DNA of 63,955 bases, filler included, from Octopus bimaculoides (Eukaryota), in NCBI RefSeq assembly GCF_001194135.2. It is 10 parts of 7 records of this genome, joined end to end, with 100 filler letters (N's around TTAATTAATTAA, not from the genome) between each part and the next. Parts side by side here need not be neighbours in the genome. Positions count along the whole stretch, not along the records: positions 50,044 to 54,534 come from NC_068991.1; positions 54,635 to 58,986 come from NC_068982.1; positions 59,087 to 62,775 come from NC_068981.1; positions 62,876 to 63,955 come from NC_068987.1; 6 more parts are not named here. The stretch is one strand, 5' to 3'. The stretch's first letter is position 1. Each line of letters begins with the position of its first letter. This document shows positions 51,168 through 63,955 of the stretch, piece after piece. Made by a program: the position numbers and the translations under genes. The notes under the pieces were generated by a model that was given only the letters and a program-made list of their open reading frames with translations, did no database searches and was not told where the DNA came from.

Positions 51168-51990
51168 GGATTACATAGATTACGAGCAAGAGAAATAATA
51201 TTCTTAAGATTATAAACCTGGAAAAGTACAGGACAATTTATTACACCTGGAAAGTGCAGAACAAGTTATTACATCCGATAAAGTACAGAACAAGAAAACT
51301 TTTACTTAAAATATTGCAGCTAAGGATAAGATTTTTATATTAAATTTATTTTTGATTTTAATTTACAAAGTAACATTATAATTAAAAGAGGGACCATCAT
51401 TTTGTTAAAATACTGACTCACTAGAATACTTAATAAATGAGAGATAGAAATATAGCTAACGTCTTATGCAAAGTAGAATATTATATATGGTAGGCAAATT
51501 CATTATGTAAAAAATAAGCGCTGTGAAGACTCGGCAATGACTTAGGCAATAACTTAAGCAAATTGTACTGTGTATTTGTTGTTATAGGTAGATTTTCCCG
51601 TAATATATAACTAATTTCTGTATTATTCTATTTATTGTACTAAATGATTATGTACTATTATTATATATTATAACCTATTTTCAAATTCTAATTAATAATT
51701 GATAATAAAGATAGTGATTTTTTTAAAGAGCAAAAACTATTTTAATTGAATTATTTTAAATTGTTAATAGACGTAACATATAATAACTTGTAATAAATTT
51801 TTTAGTTTTAATGAAAGCTAATATTTTCTAAATCTAAATATTTTATTTGAAATTTTATCCTTAGATGCAATATTTGAGATAAAAGTTTTCTTGTTCTGTA
51901 ATTTATCACATGTAATAACTAGCCCTGTACTTTTCCAGGTTTATAATCTTAAGATTTGTAATTCTCTTGCTCGGTAAATTATAAATCCAA
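51168..51990. mobile_element. MITE-like element with long terminal inverted repeats (about 170-190 bp)
   Basis: 51183-51232 versus 51924-51973 are 46/50 complementary; complementarity continues through AGTTATTACA..GATAAA.TACAGAACAAGAAAACTTTT and AATATTGCA.CTAAGGATAA; no internal ORF. Confidence 0.8.
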
Positions 51991-52030
51991 AAATGGTGCA
52001 CATTAAAAGATAGAGATGGCCAGTCTTTGC

Positions 52031-52180
52031 CGTTACCCTGGGTTTCACGTCCATAAAACGCTTAGCTTTACAGCGTTTCTTATTTTCTATAAAGGCGACT
52101 TACTAAAGAGGCCATTAGTCTAGAATCTGAAAAAAACGCTGTAAAGCTAAGGGCTTTATGGACGTGAAACGAAGGTAACG
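52031..52180. repeat. 150-bp palindromic element, about 47-bp arms
   Basis: 52031-52078 versus 52134-52180 are complementary apart from two small mismatch patches. Confidence 0.9.
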
Positions 52181-52248
52181 TAATAGACATTCCATATCTG
52201 TATATGTGTATGTCTATCTATCTATCTATCTATCTATCTGTCTATATA

Positions 52249-52316
<68 letters not shown>

Positions 52317-54717
52317 NNNNNNNNNNNNNNNNNNNNNNNNNNNNNNNNNNNNNNNNNNNNNNNNNNNNNNNNNNNNNNNNNNNNNNNNNNNNNNNNNNNN
52401 NNNNNNNNNNNNNNNNNNNNNNNNNNNNNNNNNNNNNNNNNNNNNNNNNNNNNNNNNNNNNNNNNNNNNNNNNNNNNNNNNNNNNNNNNNNNNNNNNNNN
52501 NNNNNNNNNNNNNNNNNNNNNNNNNNNNNNNNNNNNNNNNNNNNNNNNNNNNNNNNNNNNNNNNNNNNNNNNNNNNNNNNNNNNNNNNNNNNNNNNNNNN
52601 NNNNNNNNNNNNNNNNNNNNNNNNNNNNNNNNNNNNNNNNNNNNNNNNNNNNNNNNNNNNNNNNNNNNNNNNNNNNNNNNNNNNNNNNNNNNNNNNNNNN
52701 NNNNNNNNNNNNNNNNNNNNNNNNNNNNNNNNNNNNNNNNNNNNNNNNNNNNNNNNNNNNNNNNNNNNNNNNNNNNNNNNNNNNNNNNNNNNNNNNNNNN
52801 NNNNNNNNNNNNNNNNNNNNNNNNNNNNNNNNNNNNNNNNNNNNNNNNNNNNNNNNNNNNNNNNNNNNNNNNNNNNNNNNNNNNNNNNNNNNNNNNNNNN
52901 NNNNNNNNNNNNNNNNNNNNNNNNNNNNNNNNNNNNNNNNNNNNNNNNNNNNNNNNNNNNNNNNNNNNNNNNNNNNNNNNNNNNNNNNNNNNNNNNNNNN
53001 NNNNNNNNNNNNNNNNNNNNNNNNNNNNNNNNNNNNNNNNNNNNNNNNNNNNNNNNNNNNNNNNNNNNNNNNNNNNNNNNNNNNNNNNNNNNNNNNNNNN
53101 NNNNNNNNNNNNNNNNNNNNNNNNNNNNNNNNNNNNNNNNNNNNNNNNNNNNNNNNNNNNNNNNNNNNNNNNNNNNNNNNNNNNNNNNNNNNNNNNNNNN
53201 NNNNNNNNNNNNNNNNNNNNNNNNNNNNNTATATATATATATATATATATGGTCTGCAAATGTGTAATTTCACAAGATTAATCATGTCTCAAGTCTAGAA
53301 AATAAAAAGGTGATACAAAGCAGAATATTATGAAATGATCCAGTAATAATTATCTACTGAAATGTTAAGCATAAATTCCTATACAAACTGCTGCTATCTA
53401 CCCTGTCGTGTTCGCATGCATGCAAATACAAACACACATTTACAAGTACACATACATGTATATTTCCTTGTAATTGTGTGCATGAGTGTATGGATCGGAG
53501 GTTACGTTTAAGCATAATGTACATTTTGACGGTTTTTGTCGCTTTTTTTCTTCATATTGCAGCTTGTGTTCACGCAGCTAATTTGTGTAAAGAAGTATCA
53601 GATTCGTTTGTTATACAATACTTGTGACGATTACTTTCCTAGTTATTTTGTAATTACTCTCGTTATGTCATCATTGTTAGCGAGTATAATGAGCTTTTAA
53701 TTTTAAGTCTATCCTAAAAATTTCCATGCATTTAATATTACTGTATTTTCGATGTCAGACCGCAATTTGAATCCTAGTGTCGGATAAGCATATGTCCATG
53801 TAGCGCAATGGTCGTTCCTAATAATAAAATATTGTAAACAAGCCAAAATACCACACACTGCATGTACTTTACGAGAAATTGTTTCCGCTACGTCGTTATT
53901 TACGTAGAAAGTTCATATCAACCTATTATGCGTCTTTTCCCTGCATATATAACCCACGCTTGAGATGTGTCTTACGTTATTTAATGGTTGGGTTATTTTT
54001 AAGAAATAGGTTTAATTATCTAAATATACTTCTCTGAGAAAGCTGGAAGGTAAGTTAGAAAGTTATCTGCTTCTCAGCTACTTGCAATGATTGGATGGCA
54101 TCAAAAACTCACAGTTGTCTATTCCTCTGGTGACCTTTTACACTAACAGACACACGTCGTTGCTAAAATTGCTTGTAGTGTGTGTGGCAATTCTTTTGAC
54201 TGAAATATGAATAAGTATACAGTTATTTTCAAGAACATAAGACTGAAGTGTAGTACTCTATAGCCTAACTAGTATATGATGAATTTTATTCCACTACAGT
54301 GACACAACATATATTTATAGGGACGGAATAATATATTTTCTCCTACAAAACCATTGTAATATTTTTCAATAAATGTATGTTGAAACATAATAAATATGTT
54401 CCCCTCCGCCACAAAAAAAATTACGCGTGTAAAATACATGAGCAATTGTATAGCAGCGCGTGCTATACGCAAACAAATGCACCTATTTGAAGGCATATAC
54501 TCATATATTCATATACAGACACACAGACACACATNNNNNNNNNNNNNNNNNNNNNNNNNNNNNNNNNNNNNNNNNNNNTTAATTAATTAANNNNNNNNNN
54601 NNNNNNNNNNNNNNNNNNNNNNNNNNNNNNNNNNTATATATATATATGTGTGTGTGTGTGCATGCATACACACACACACACACACACACACACTCATACA
54701 CACATGCACACACACAC

Positions 54718-55190
54718 TTGATAAGTTTTGGACAGGATTGGCCCAGGCCGTGACTAACTTAGTACCACGAGGAAAAGACATTTGATAATGTTTTATGTTA
54801 CAATCATTTTTTGCTATAATAGCCCATTCGAGTAAAGAGTTATTGTATCCGGGTGTGGGTGATTTATTTGGGATTTGTTGGCGATATTCGTCCAGGAACC
54901 GTTTGAATGTTAAAAGATCTTTTTAGACTCTTATGTCATGGCATGAAGTGAAATAGTTCTATCCTAGTGTTGTGATGGCATTCGAGCATGATTTTTGTAG
55001 AGGACGGGTGGCCAGTCCTTTGGTGAATTTTAAAATTGAGACCACCATCGTTTGGGAAATGCTGCTGGAATATTTTCCAAACCATACAAATGATATAGCG
55101 CTCACGGCGGTGTTGGAGGAGATAAAGTTTGAGTTTCTCGTGACAATCCCAATAGACTTGCCGTGTTCTCTATTTTTCTTGTGATCGATT
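54718..55190 (-). mobile_element. CR1/Jockey-group LINE 3' fragment
   Basis: Minus strand LQHRRERYIICMVWKIFQQ (55118-55062) and FKRFLDEYRQQIPNK (54907-54863), matching the C-terminal L.RRRERY.I...WKI and FK..LD..L..IPD motifs; ends in (TG)n. Confidence 0.8.
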
Positions 55191-55235
55191 TCTAGGATGC
55201 TTTAATTTAATACACAAATGCATTTTATTTGTTTA

Positions 55236-55363
55236 TTTATTTATTTCAGTCATTTGACTGCGGCCATGCTGGAGTACCAGGTACTTATTCTATCGGTCTC
55301 TTGGCCGAACCGTTAAGTTACGTAAACACGCCAATACCAATATTCAAGCGGTGATGGGGAGGG

Positions 55364-55367
<4 letters not shown>
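55236..55367 (-). mobile_element. SINE A tail with internal deletion
   Basis: TTTCAGTCATTTGACTGCGGCCATGCTGGAG...CTTATTCTATCGGTCTC. Confidence 0.85.
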
Positions 55368-55454
<87 letters not shown>

Positions 55455-56324
55455 NNNNNNNNNNNNNNNNNNNNNNNNNNNNNNNNNNNNNNNNNNNNNN
55501 NNNNNNNNNNNNNNNNNNNNNNNNNNNNNNNNNNNNNNNNNNNNNNNNNNNNNNNNNNNNNNNNNNNNNNNNNNNNNNNNNNNNNNNNNNNNNNNNNNNN
55601 NNNNNNNNNNNNNNNNNNNNNNNNNNNNNNNNNNNNNNNNNNNNNNNNNNNNNNNNNNNNNNNNNNNNNNNNNNNNNNNNNNNNNNNNNNNNNNNNNNNN
55701 NNNNNNNNNNNNNNNNNNNNNNNNNNNNNNNNNNNNNNNNNNNNNNNNNNNNNNNNNNNNNNNNNNNNNNNNNNNNNNNNNNNNNNNNNNNNNNNNNNNN
55801 NNNNNNNNNNNNNNNNNNNNNNNNNNNNNNNNNNNNNNNNNNNNNNNNNNNNNNNNNNNNNNNNNNNNNNNNNNNNNNNNNNNNNNNNNNNNNNNNNNNN
55901 NNNNNNNNNNNNNNNNNNNNNNNNNNNNNNNNNNNNNNNNNNNNNNNNNNNNNNNNNNNNNNNNNNNNNNNNNNNNNNNNNNNNNNNNNNNNNNNNNNNN
56001 NNNNNNNNNNNNNNNNNNNNNNNNNNNNNNNNNNNNNNNNNNNNNNNNNNNNNNNNNNNNNNNNNNNNNNNNNNNNNNNNNNNNNNNNNNNNNNNNNNNN
56101 NNNNNNNNNNNNNNNNNNNNNNNNNNNNNNNNNNNNNNNNNNNNNNNNNNNNNNNNNNNNNNNNNNNNNNNNNNNNNNNNNNNNNNNNNNNNNNNNNNNN
56201 NNNNNNNNNNNNNNNNNNNNNNNNNNNNNNNNNNNNNNNNNNNNNNNNNNNNNNNNNNNNNNNNNNNNNNNNNNNNNNNNNNNNNNNNNNNNNNNNNNNN
56301 NNNNNNNNNNNNNNNNNNNNNNNN

Positions 56325-56373
<49 letters not shown>

Positions 56374-56883
56374 TTTAATACAGTATAATATACATAATAT
56401 AATTACGTGTGTGTTTGTGTGTGAACGTGAATGTATGTATATATATATCATTTTTCTTCTGAGCGTCTAAGCACACAAAAATGTAATTTGAGCACATTGA
56501 CAAATGTGTATATGCTTATGACTGCATGTGTATAAGTGTGTGTGTGGCCTGTCTGCGTGAGTAAGTGCGCGTATACATATATACTACATATACTCTCTCT
56601 CCATACACACTCACACACACATTTATACACACACACGCACACACATACACACACACACGCGTACTGAGCTTTGTCTGACTTTTGTTAAATATAAATATGT
56701 GTATGTAAAGCTAAATAGATATATAAGCATACTCACACACACACACACACACACAGAGAGAGGACACACGCATACATACACACACTCACACGCACTCACA
56801 TAGATAGTGCCCGAACAAACGCACGTGGCACGAAACTGACAAGATCATCAATTCATTCTAAAGATATATATAAATTCTACCTC

Positions 56884-56939
<56 letters not shown>

Positions 56940-56942
<3 letters not shown>

Positions 56943-57135
56943 TCTACTACAGACACAAGGCCTAAAATGTTTGAGGGAAGGGGCTAAATCGATTACATGG
57001 ACGCCAGTGCTCAGCTGGTACTTATTTCGTGGACCCCGAAACGGTGGAAGGTAAAGTCGATCTCGGAGGAATTTGAACTCAGAATGTAAAGACGGACGAA
57101 ATACCGCAAAGCATTTTGTTCGACATGCTAACGGA
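56940..57135 (-). mobile_element. SINE B (tail type 2), diverged
   Basis: ACACAAGGCCTAAAAT...CTGGTACTTATTT...GGAATTTGAACTCAGAATGTAAAGACGGACGAAATACC. Confidence 0.85.
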
Positions 57136-57344
57136 TGATAATAATAATAATGATAATAAAAATAATGACTTGGCGGGGGTGCACAAGGGCCCAAGACATG
57201 GAGGAGTAGTGTTGGCAACTTTCGAGAACCATGGAACTTTAATGATAGCATCCTGTGAGCTAACAACCGGCGCGGGTAGTTTATTCCATGCTTCATTTCA
57301 TTATAAGAAAAACATATATACATACAGATATGTATCACTTATTT

Positions 57345-57425
57345 TCCCGGTAACTTAGCGGATCGACAAAAGTTTCCGATAGAATGAGTACCACGCTTCA
57401 GAAAAGAAGTAAGTTCTGGGGTCGA
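57345..57425 (+). mobile_element. SINE A tail fragment
   Basis: GTAACTTAGCGGATCGACAAAAG...CCGATAGAATGAGTACC...CTGGGGTCGA. Confidence 0.7.
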
Positions 57426-57692
57426 AAACACACACACGCATATATATATATATATATAATATTATATTATATTTTATTATATTATATTATACTGTATTAT
57501 ATATTATGTTATATATACATGGTATGTGTATATATGTCTGTGTAATAATGCTTGTTCTGATGTAAAGTTATATTTAAAAAATAGACAATTAAACACTGAA
57601 TTGCAGGATTGCTCACTTCTTTTCAGTAGAGTACCGTACTCATTTATTTTTACAACGAAATTGTTTGACAGTGACTTCGAAGTTAACTTTTT

Positions 57693-57727
<35 letters not shown>

Positions 57728-57782
57728 TACACACATATATACATGCATAATATTATGTATACATACATATATATATATTTAT

Positions 57783-58282
<500 letters not shown>

Positions 58283-58599
58283 AGTGGGATGAGTGTAAAG
58301 CCGCTTCATTGGCGATTGATTTGCCAGATGTAACAGCCAATTCTTCCTCAAGGACTTATCATATAATGAAGCTATAGATATACTCCATGTGTGAAAAAAA
58401 AGACAGGATAGTTGCGGCTGGAGCGACTTACATCATAATTAGCTCTGTGTTCCTTTGAGAACACCAGTTAAACCAAAAACAAGAAAAACAACAGTAACAA
58501 CAACGTCAACATCGTTCATTATTATAGTATACAAGCATAATGAGGAAAAGTACACTAGCAGAAGAAAACATTAAGAGCAGACGATAAATAGTGACTTAC

Positions 58600-58760
58600 C
58601 TCTCAGATCCAAGCGACACCAGCCCTAAGCTGAAGCTAATAGTTGCTGGGATGGATAATTAAATTGTCTTGCAGATAAACTGTAGGTGCTATCGTAGATT
58701 GGATCATGTGACACACGCCCCGTAATACAACTAAGCGTGGGTTCGCTCCCACCTTCTGAT
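58600..58760 (-). promoter_or_regulatory. Candidate promoter plus non-coding first exon
   Basis: Minus strand: GGTGGG, GGGGCGTG (58721-58714) and CCAAT (58702-58698), then about 100 nt ending in a consensus donor GAG|GTAAGT at 58600/58599. Confidence 0.25.
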
Positions 58761-58899
58761 AAATTCGTTACTTTAACGCTGGGATGTTGTTGTCATCAAT
58801 TTATTATCGAATGTAAGGCGTTCCCAGTGTTTACTAGCATATGAATATGTTTTTCTTTTGATCGACTTTTTTATGACTATAGTATGTATACATACATAT

Positions 58900-58933
<34 letters not shown>

Positions 58934-59086
58934 CATCATATGTATATGCATAAAATAGCTATATTATATATATATATATATATATANNNNNNNNNNNNNN
59001 NNNNNNNNNNNNNNNNNNNNNNNNNNNNNNTTAATTAATTAANNNNNNNNNNNNNNNNNNNNNNNNNNNNNNNNNNNNNNNNNNNN

Positions 59087-59119
<33 letters not shown>

Positions 59120-59559
59120 AGATTAAAAGAGGAAGAAATGTTGTTGTATCAAGTGAAAATAGCAGGAAGAACCTGGGTTATAGTAGAACGGATGTAGGCG
59201 TGTAAGTTGGCTTAGCCGAGAGGAGAATAGATATAAAAAATTCACACGATCCCCATTTCTTCTGAACTATAAAGAAAAAAGGTTTAATGCTGCTCTCACG
59301 ATAGAAAATCCGATTTCGCAATATGTCCCCCACCTTCCTTTTTCGGATTATAGGACGAAAATTTTATACATATGCATGGCTGGCTTCTGATTGCCGCTGC
59401 CATCGCACCATGGGACGTAACTCTTCTTACGTCAAGGAAAATGTTACAACTTTTCATCGTTTTAGTTTCATTCCACTTTTTGTTATCACTGACCAAACTA
59501 GGATTGTTTATTTACCTCTACCATAAATAAACGACAGGAATATCCACAAGATAATGTGG

Positions 59560-60130
59560 ATCTCCTCGGATGGTGAATCAAACCTGAGATAGACTGTATC
59601 TACATTAGCAGACGATGGCGGTCGTCGCTGCTGGATGTTTGAAGTTACAGAGGAGCAGATGTTGGATCGGTCTACAATGTGGCTGTCGGAAAAGTCCTGT
59701 TAAAGCTGTAAAGGAAAAAAAGTGGACAAGAAACACAAATCGTTTGAGGTAGTGAAACTTAAGGACTTGGAAAGACACCTACGCCGTCAGTTCGAGGTGA
59801 GTTACTGGTTTGAAGCTCTGCATCATGCTAACGATATTGAGGTGCAGTGGTAGCTGTTTCAGCAGGCAGTAACAGGAAGTGCAAGTGTCACTTTAGGCAG
59901 GAGAAGAGGTTATAACAAAGAGATGTGGATTACAGCAGAAACTTGTAACTTTGAAAAGAAACAGACCAAATTCAAACAGAATTTAACTAATTAGTGCAGT
60001 TCTACGGCGAAGACTGAGCGAGAAATGAAGAAAATGTGCGGAAGAGACGAGAAGTAGTTGCTAGAAAAGAAAGTATGAAAACTCAAGAAGCCGAAGGCAG
60101 AAATGACTCGCAAACTCTATGTAAGATAGT
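59560..60130 (+). mobile_element. RTE-clade LINE fragment (endonuclease C-terminus and linker)
   Basis: From 59586: EIDCIYISRRWRSSLLDV*SYRGADVGSVYNVAVGKVLLKL (cf. QIDHICI...WRSSLLDVR..RGADVGSDH); later WITAET; multiple stops. Confidence 0.88.
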
Positions 60131-60181
60131 GTGCGAGCTAACAAGTGCGTGTACCGATCAAAGCTAAGAATTTGTGTATGT

Positions 60182-60230
<49 letters not shown>

Positions 60231-60269
60231 TGTGCGCGCATGTGTGTGTCTGCGTGCCTTTGTGTGTGG

Positions 60270-60312
<43 letters not shown>

Positions 60313-60949
60313 CACCGTCAATAAACAGTGACGAAGGGTGCAGGGTGCACCAGCATTGCATTGCTAGAAGTAAAAGTCAAAGAATTCTTTAGCCACAGAA
60401 AGCACATATTCTATTTATTGATAGAGTAGAATTTAACATCACCGCCCACAATGGAGTTAACATTACTGATGAGCATTAAATTTCATGCGTACTTGGCATG
60501 CCAATCTAATACCACTCAATTGTGGTGAGAAGGTTGTCTCCCCTGTCAGTAAATAGAAAATGCACACTTAGTGGCTAAAGAGTTCGTTGACTCTTATTTC
60601 TGCAATCCTGGTGCTCCACGTACCTTTGTCACTGTTTAGTGACGGTGTATTATTTCCTTCTTGGTTTTGAATTGCGTCTAGTCACCTTAATTAGTTTATA
60701 GACATACATATGTGTGCATGTGTGTGTGTATGTATGTATGTATGTATGTATGTATGTATGTACGTATTGCCTCAATTTTGCTATAAACGCACTAATAAAT
60801 CTGTGTTTGAGATATAGGCTCTGAATATTTCCGCAAATATTCAATATTAAGGTGAAAATCTGTGCTTCTAAGATAATTCTGACATACTTGCACTGATGAA
60901 GCTCTACGAAACAAATATTTAGAATAAAACAAAAGCTATTCAACAAAAC

Positions 60950-61480
60950 ATAAGAAAATAGCTACTAAACCCAAACATAGAAGCCATATAAAGATATATA
61001 ATCAAATTCAGACAAGAAACTAGACATATCGCAAATAAACCATAAATGACTCATAAAGCTTCAATCAATTGTATACTACATATGAACACATTTTCGAAAA
61101 TCTCATTAAACAAACAATACAGTATTAAATTTAATAACGTTCTTATCAATCACAACGCAGATGCTTAGAAAGTTGTGAACATTCTATTATCGTCGGATGT
61201 GATTCACAAATTTGACTGCAAATATAAAATTTGCGCAATTCACAATTTTTGCCGCTATACTGGCCATACAAGCACTCACTTGCCCGTCAGTTAATCATGC
61301 AGATGAAATTGCAATGTAGAGCATTACAAAACATAAAACAAAACTTGAGAATAAGACAAACAATTCTATTTTATACACAATTTGACACACAACTAGTGAA
61401 TAAATTATAAAAGCTCAGTACAATGCTAAAATCACCACAGTCATATCGTATGCTAATTAAAGCAAAAACTGTTCTATATG
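60950..61480 (+). mobile_element. Penelope-like element ORF relic (GIY-YIG endonuclease region)
   Basis: 61196-61282 reads DVIHKFDCKYKICAIHNFCRYTGHTSTHL, resembling the PLE pattern NVIYKFxC..xC...YIGxTxxxL; KFNNVLINHN upstream; stops throughout; boundaries approximate. Confidence 0.55.
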
Positions 61481-61959
61481 TATTGAAATAAAACAGCTTT
61501 TTCATGCTCAGTCATAGCTGCAATATCTCTTTTGAGAAAGAATCACACCTAATGAAACTGGTCAATAAAACACAGCAACATCTCACAGCAACTCCAAACA
61601 ACTGGAAGATAAAACTGTGACAGGTGAAACAAATTTTGTCTTAAAATATAGCCATGAAAAATTCGTATGAAAGCGTGAATGCAAAANNNNNNNNNNNNNN
61701 NNNNNNNNNNNNNNNNNNNNNNNNNNNNNNNNNNNNNNNNNNNNNNNNNNNNNNNNNNNNNNNNNNNNNNNNNNNNNNNNNNNNNNNNNNNNNNNNNNNN
61801 NNNNNATATATATATATATATACACAAAGTATGGGGGTTTAGTTCACAGGTAATCTAAACGATTAGGTACGCTAGGTAAGTGTTGTAACGGTTTACTAGG
61901 GCTCCAGGGTTATAGCCGAGACGCTAGTTATGGAGCCATTGCAGATTTTCGATATAGCG

Positions 61960-62211
61960 TATATATAATTGATAAAGAGAACAACAAACGTTAAGATAAG
62001 GCAAACATTTCAAGTCATATACATTATTATTATTAGAAAAGTTCAAAGTCTTACAGATGTTTCTGGGATATCCCAGAGTATGGGATATTCCGTTATCGGA
62101 ATCCCAGAAACAGCTGTAAGACTTTCAACTTTTTCCATTACTAATAATGTATATGACTTGAGATGTTTGCCTTGCCTAAACGTTTGTTGTCCTCTTTAAC
62201 AATTATATATA
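61960..62211. repeat. 250-bp fold-back palindrome, about 110-bp arms, about 89% complementary
   Basis: 61960-62069 versus 62101-62211: 11 mismatches and one indel by manual alignment; both ends are in TA repeats. Confidence 0.93.
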
Positions 62212-63955
62212 TAAGTGTGTGTGTATGCATGTATGTACACACACACACACACACGCACATACATGCATATATACACACACATATATAGAGTGTGTGCGCG
62301 TGTGTGTGTGTGCGCGCGCGCGCTGCCTCCTGACGGTAAGATCAACAAAAAAGTACTTATTTCATCTGGAGAGTGATTATTATTTAATAAGCACACTATA
62401 TGTTTTTAAGTACTACTATTAGTTCCATGCGATGAAAGCATCTCAGACAAATTGCGCTAAGGCACCAGACGTGTTGAAAATTATTGTCTGAGATGGTTCC
62501 TTCCGTGATCCTGCTATGAAACATATGTAACCTGGATTTTATTTACTCCATTCCCCAACTCTGGATTTCTATTCGCACGCACAGCAATACATGCTGCTAA
62601 CCATAAGATATAAAACCATTTTTTCAGCTTATCGAACTTGAATACGGGAAAAACTTACAATCTTATACGTCAATAAACCATTATTGTTCCTGAAAGTTGT
62701 CTCGAAGCTTACTATCTTCCTACACCTTGATCCTTGGATCTTACCTTTACTTATTGCCATATATATATATATATANNNNNNNNNNNNNNNNNNNNNNNNN
62801 NNNNNNNNNNNNNNNNNNNTTAATTAATTAANNNNNNNNNNNNNNNNNNNNNNNNNNNNNNNNNNNNNNNNNNNNTATATATATATATAGCTATATACTT
62901 GCAGACGTATATAATTTTAACATATATTCATTTTACACACATATATATATACATTTATGCATCCATATCTATGAATATATATGTGTGTTTGTGTGTGTGT
63001 GCGTGTGTGCGTGTGTGTGCGTGTGTGTGTGTGCGCGTGTGTGTGACTATACACACACGCGTGCAGTATTTGTCCTCTTTCAGCCGTAATGTACAACTGT
63101 GTAAAATGTAAGATGCCGTAAAATATCATATTTCTGCGGGAAGGATGAATTCTACTTGTTTAAGCATAGTGACTTGTTTAAGCATGCAAATTTACGTTGC
63201 TTTTGTTGATAAATCAGGTTTACTCAGTATGTTTGTGGTTGTGTTCTAAAAACTGTGCTTTTGAACTGATTCCTATATTTTGTAACCACGATATACCTAG
63301 GAATTATATCAAATTTACTGAAAAATTATAGTTTGGCCCTATGGTCGATGTATTACACCCTAGTCACTGAGTTTCCAAACAGCGACGGTCATGTCAGATC
63401 GAATGTGTCAGCGGAGGTTCTACACGGAACACTTTAGAAATCTTTCTCCTGCTGACTCACAATAACAAATCATGGCAATCGTTGGAATAACCTTGCATCT
63501 AAATATCGTCAGACTCCCAAAATACCAAATTTCAACAAAGCGAGGTTTTGTCGCTTTAATATTCGCAAACATTGTGCTAATATATAAGGAGAGTGGCCTA
63601 CAGGAGGCCAAATATGACAATGTGTACCGACGCTACAAATCCAAACAACGGCTTAATATCATACGCCATCGTTCAGAACGCTACGTATGCGTCGCTATTT
63701 TTCTAATTTTTCTGACATACAAATACGCGCGCGCACACACACACACACACACGCACACGCACACACACACACACACACACATACATGCAGGATAATTGCA
63801 CGAATATTCCTTTGTAGAGATACATATATAAATACAGGTATATTATTTTCTAATCATCATAATTGATCGCAAATGTCCATATGCTTGAGATTAAACCAGT
63901 GTCTATGCAAGCATCATCGTGTATTTGCAGCGGTGAATAACTTCATATATTTATT

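Overview
Eukaryotic, AT-rich, repeat-dominated window with about 7.5 kb of N gaps, most of them opening at (TA)n tracts. The SINE families and very high microsatellite density point to an octopus (coleoid cephalopod) genome, probably a large intron or intergenic stretch; the organism is my inference. I found no complete protein-coding gene, rRNA, true tRNA or CRISPR array, and nearly all long ORFs in the track are translations of microsatellites or N runs. Supportable content: about 35 copies of four tRNA-derived SINE families, two recognisable with target-site duplications; decayed non-LTR retrotransposon pieces (RTE-like, CR1-like, one unassigned RT); a Penelope-like GIY-YIG relic; two dead Tc1/mariner transposase fragments (one DD37D/maT type); a long-TIR MITE; and a possible Helentron-type element. 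The most interesting signal is RNA-structural. Six dispersed Penelope-like termini carry a minimal hammerhead-ribozyme-like motif with a non-canonical core, other repeats carry the core halves in permuted order, and several fold-back palindromes (up to 250 bp) sit in TA repeats. Hammerheads in Penelope-like elements are known in general, so any novelty lies in these variants. One possible coding exon and one possible promoter/first exon on the minus strand are low confidence.
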